Shown one piece after another: positions 63,637-64,000 of a DNA stretch of 64,000 bases. Numbering within the stretch: position 1 is the stretch's first letter; the number at the start of each line of letters is the position of its first letter. A program made the translations under genes and the position numbers. Location of the stretch: the NCBI RefSeq assembly GCF_001194135.2, contig NC_069005.1:34849091-34913090 (forward strand), read 5' to 3'. Under the pieces are notes generated by a model. It worked only from the letters and a program-made list of their open reading frames with translations, was not told the origin of the DNA and searched no databases. Origin of the DNA: Octopus bimaculoides. Its lineage: Eukaryota.

Positions 63637-64000
63637 AGAGAGAGAGAGAGAGAGAGAGATATGTAAATAGACATGCATTCATATATACACAAATATAGAT
63701 AGATATGTGTGTGTGTTAGCATTTCCATGTGAAAATGTATGTTTGTATGTGCATATGTATGATAATGCATATCTGCGTTTGTGCATCTGTGTGTGCATGC
63801 ATGCGTATGTATGTGTGTGTGTGCATGCGTGTGTGCTTGTGAAATCTGAATAATAAATGAGATGTGTAAATAGCGGGACATTTATAATGTAATGTGGTGG
63901 TGGTGGGAGGAGAAGGAGGTGTGAAGTCAGTGGTTAGAGTTGAGGGTCGGAGGGTGGTGGCGATGGCGGTGGGGGTAGCACTGTGTTGTTGATTTGTGGT

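Overview
This is eukaryotic, AT-rich, non-genic or intronic DNA. It is saturated with microsatellites and broken by 19 N-gaps (about 6.7 kb in total, nearly all flanked by simple repeats, as expected of a short-read assembly). The repeat families and microsatellite density resemble an Octopus-type coleoid cephalopod genome; this is an inference from recognised repeat motifs, not a database result. No intact protein-coding gene, rRNA, tRNA or CRISPR array can be supported, and almost all long ORFs in the track are microsatellite or N artefacts. What can be supported is a graveyard of mobile elements: decayed RTE, Tx1/L1-like, CR1/Zenon-like and RLE-type (R4/HERO-like) non-LTR retrotransposons; at least two tRNA-derived SINE families plus other dispersed repeats; a mariner remnant; three MITEs; and Penelope-like ends with hammerhead-like cores. 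The best leads are (1) a 44-bp-arm hairpin at 63028-63133 inside a splice-site-bounded segment, a pre-miRNA or ADAR-substrate candidate; (2) a nested-palindrome MITE with a telomeric-repeat palindrome at its centre (36093-36651); (3) minimal hammerhead-like motifs; (4) a LINE/SINE pair sharing a 3' tail, with two LINE copies starting at the same point; (5) a stack of four SINEs; and (6) a MITE made of two mariner 5' ends fused in inverted orientation. Element boundaries are read by eye and are approximate to about 10-30 bp unless TIRs define them.
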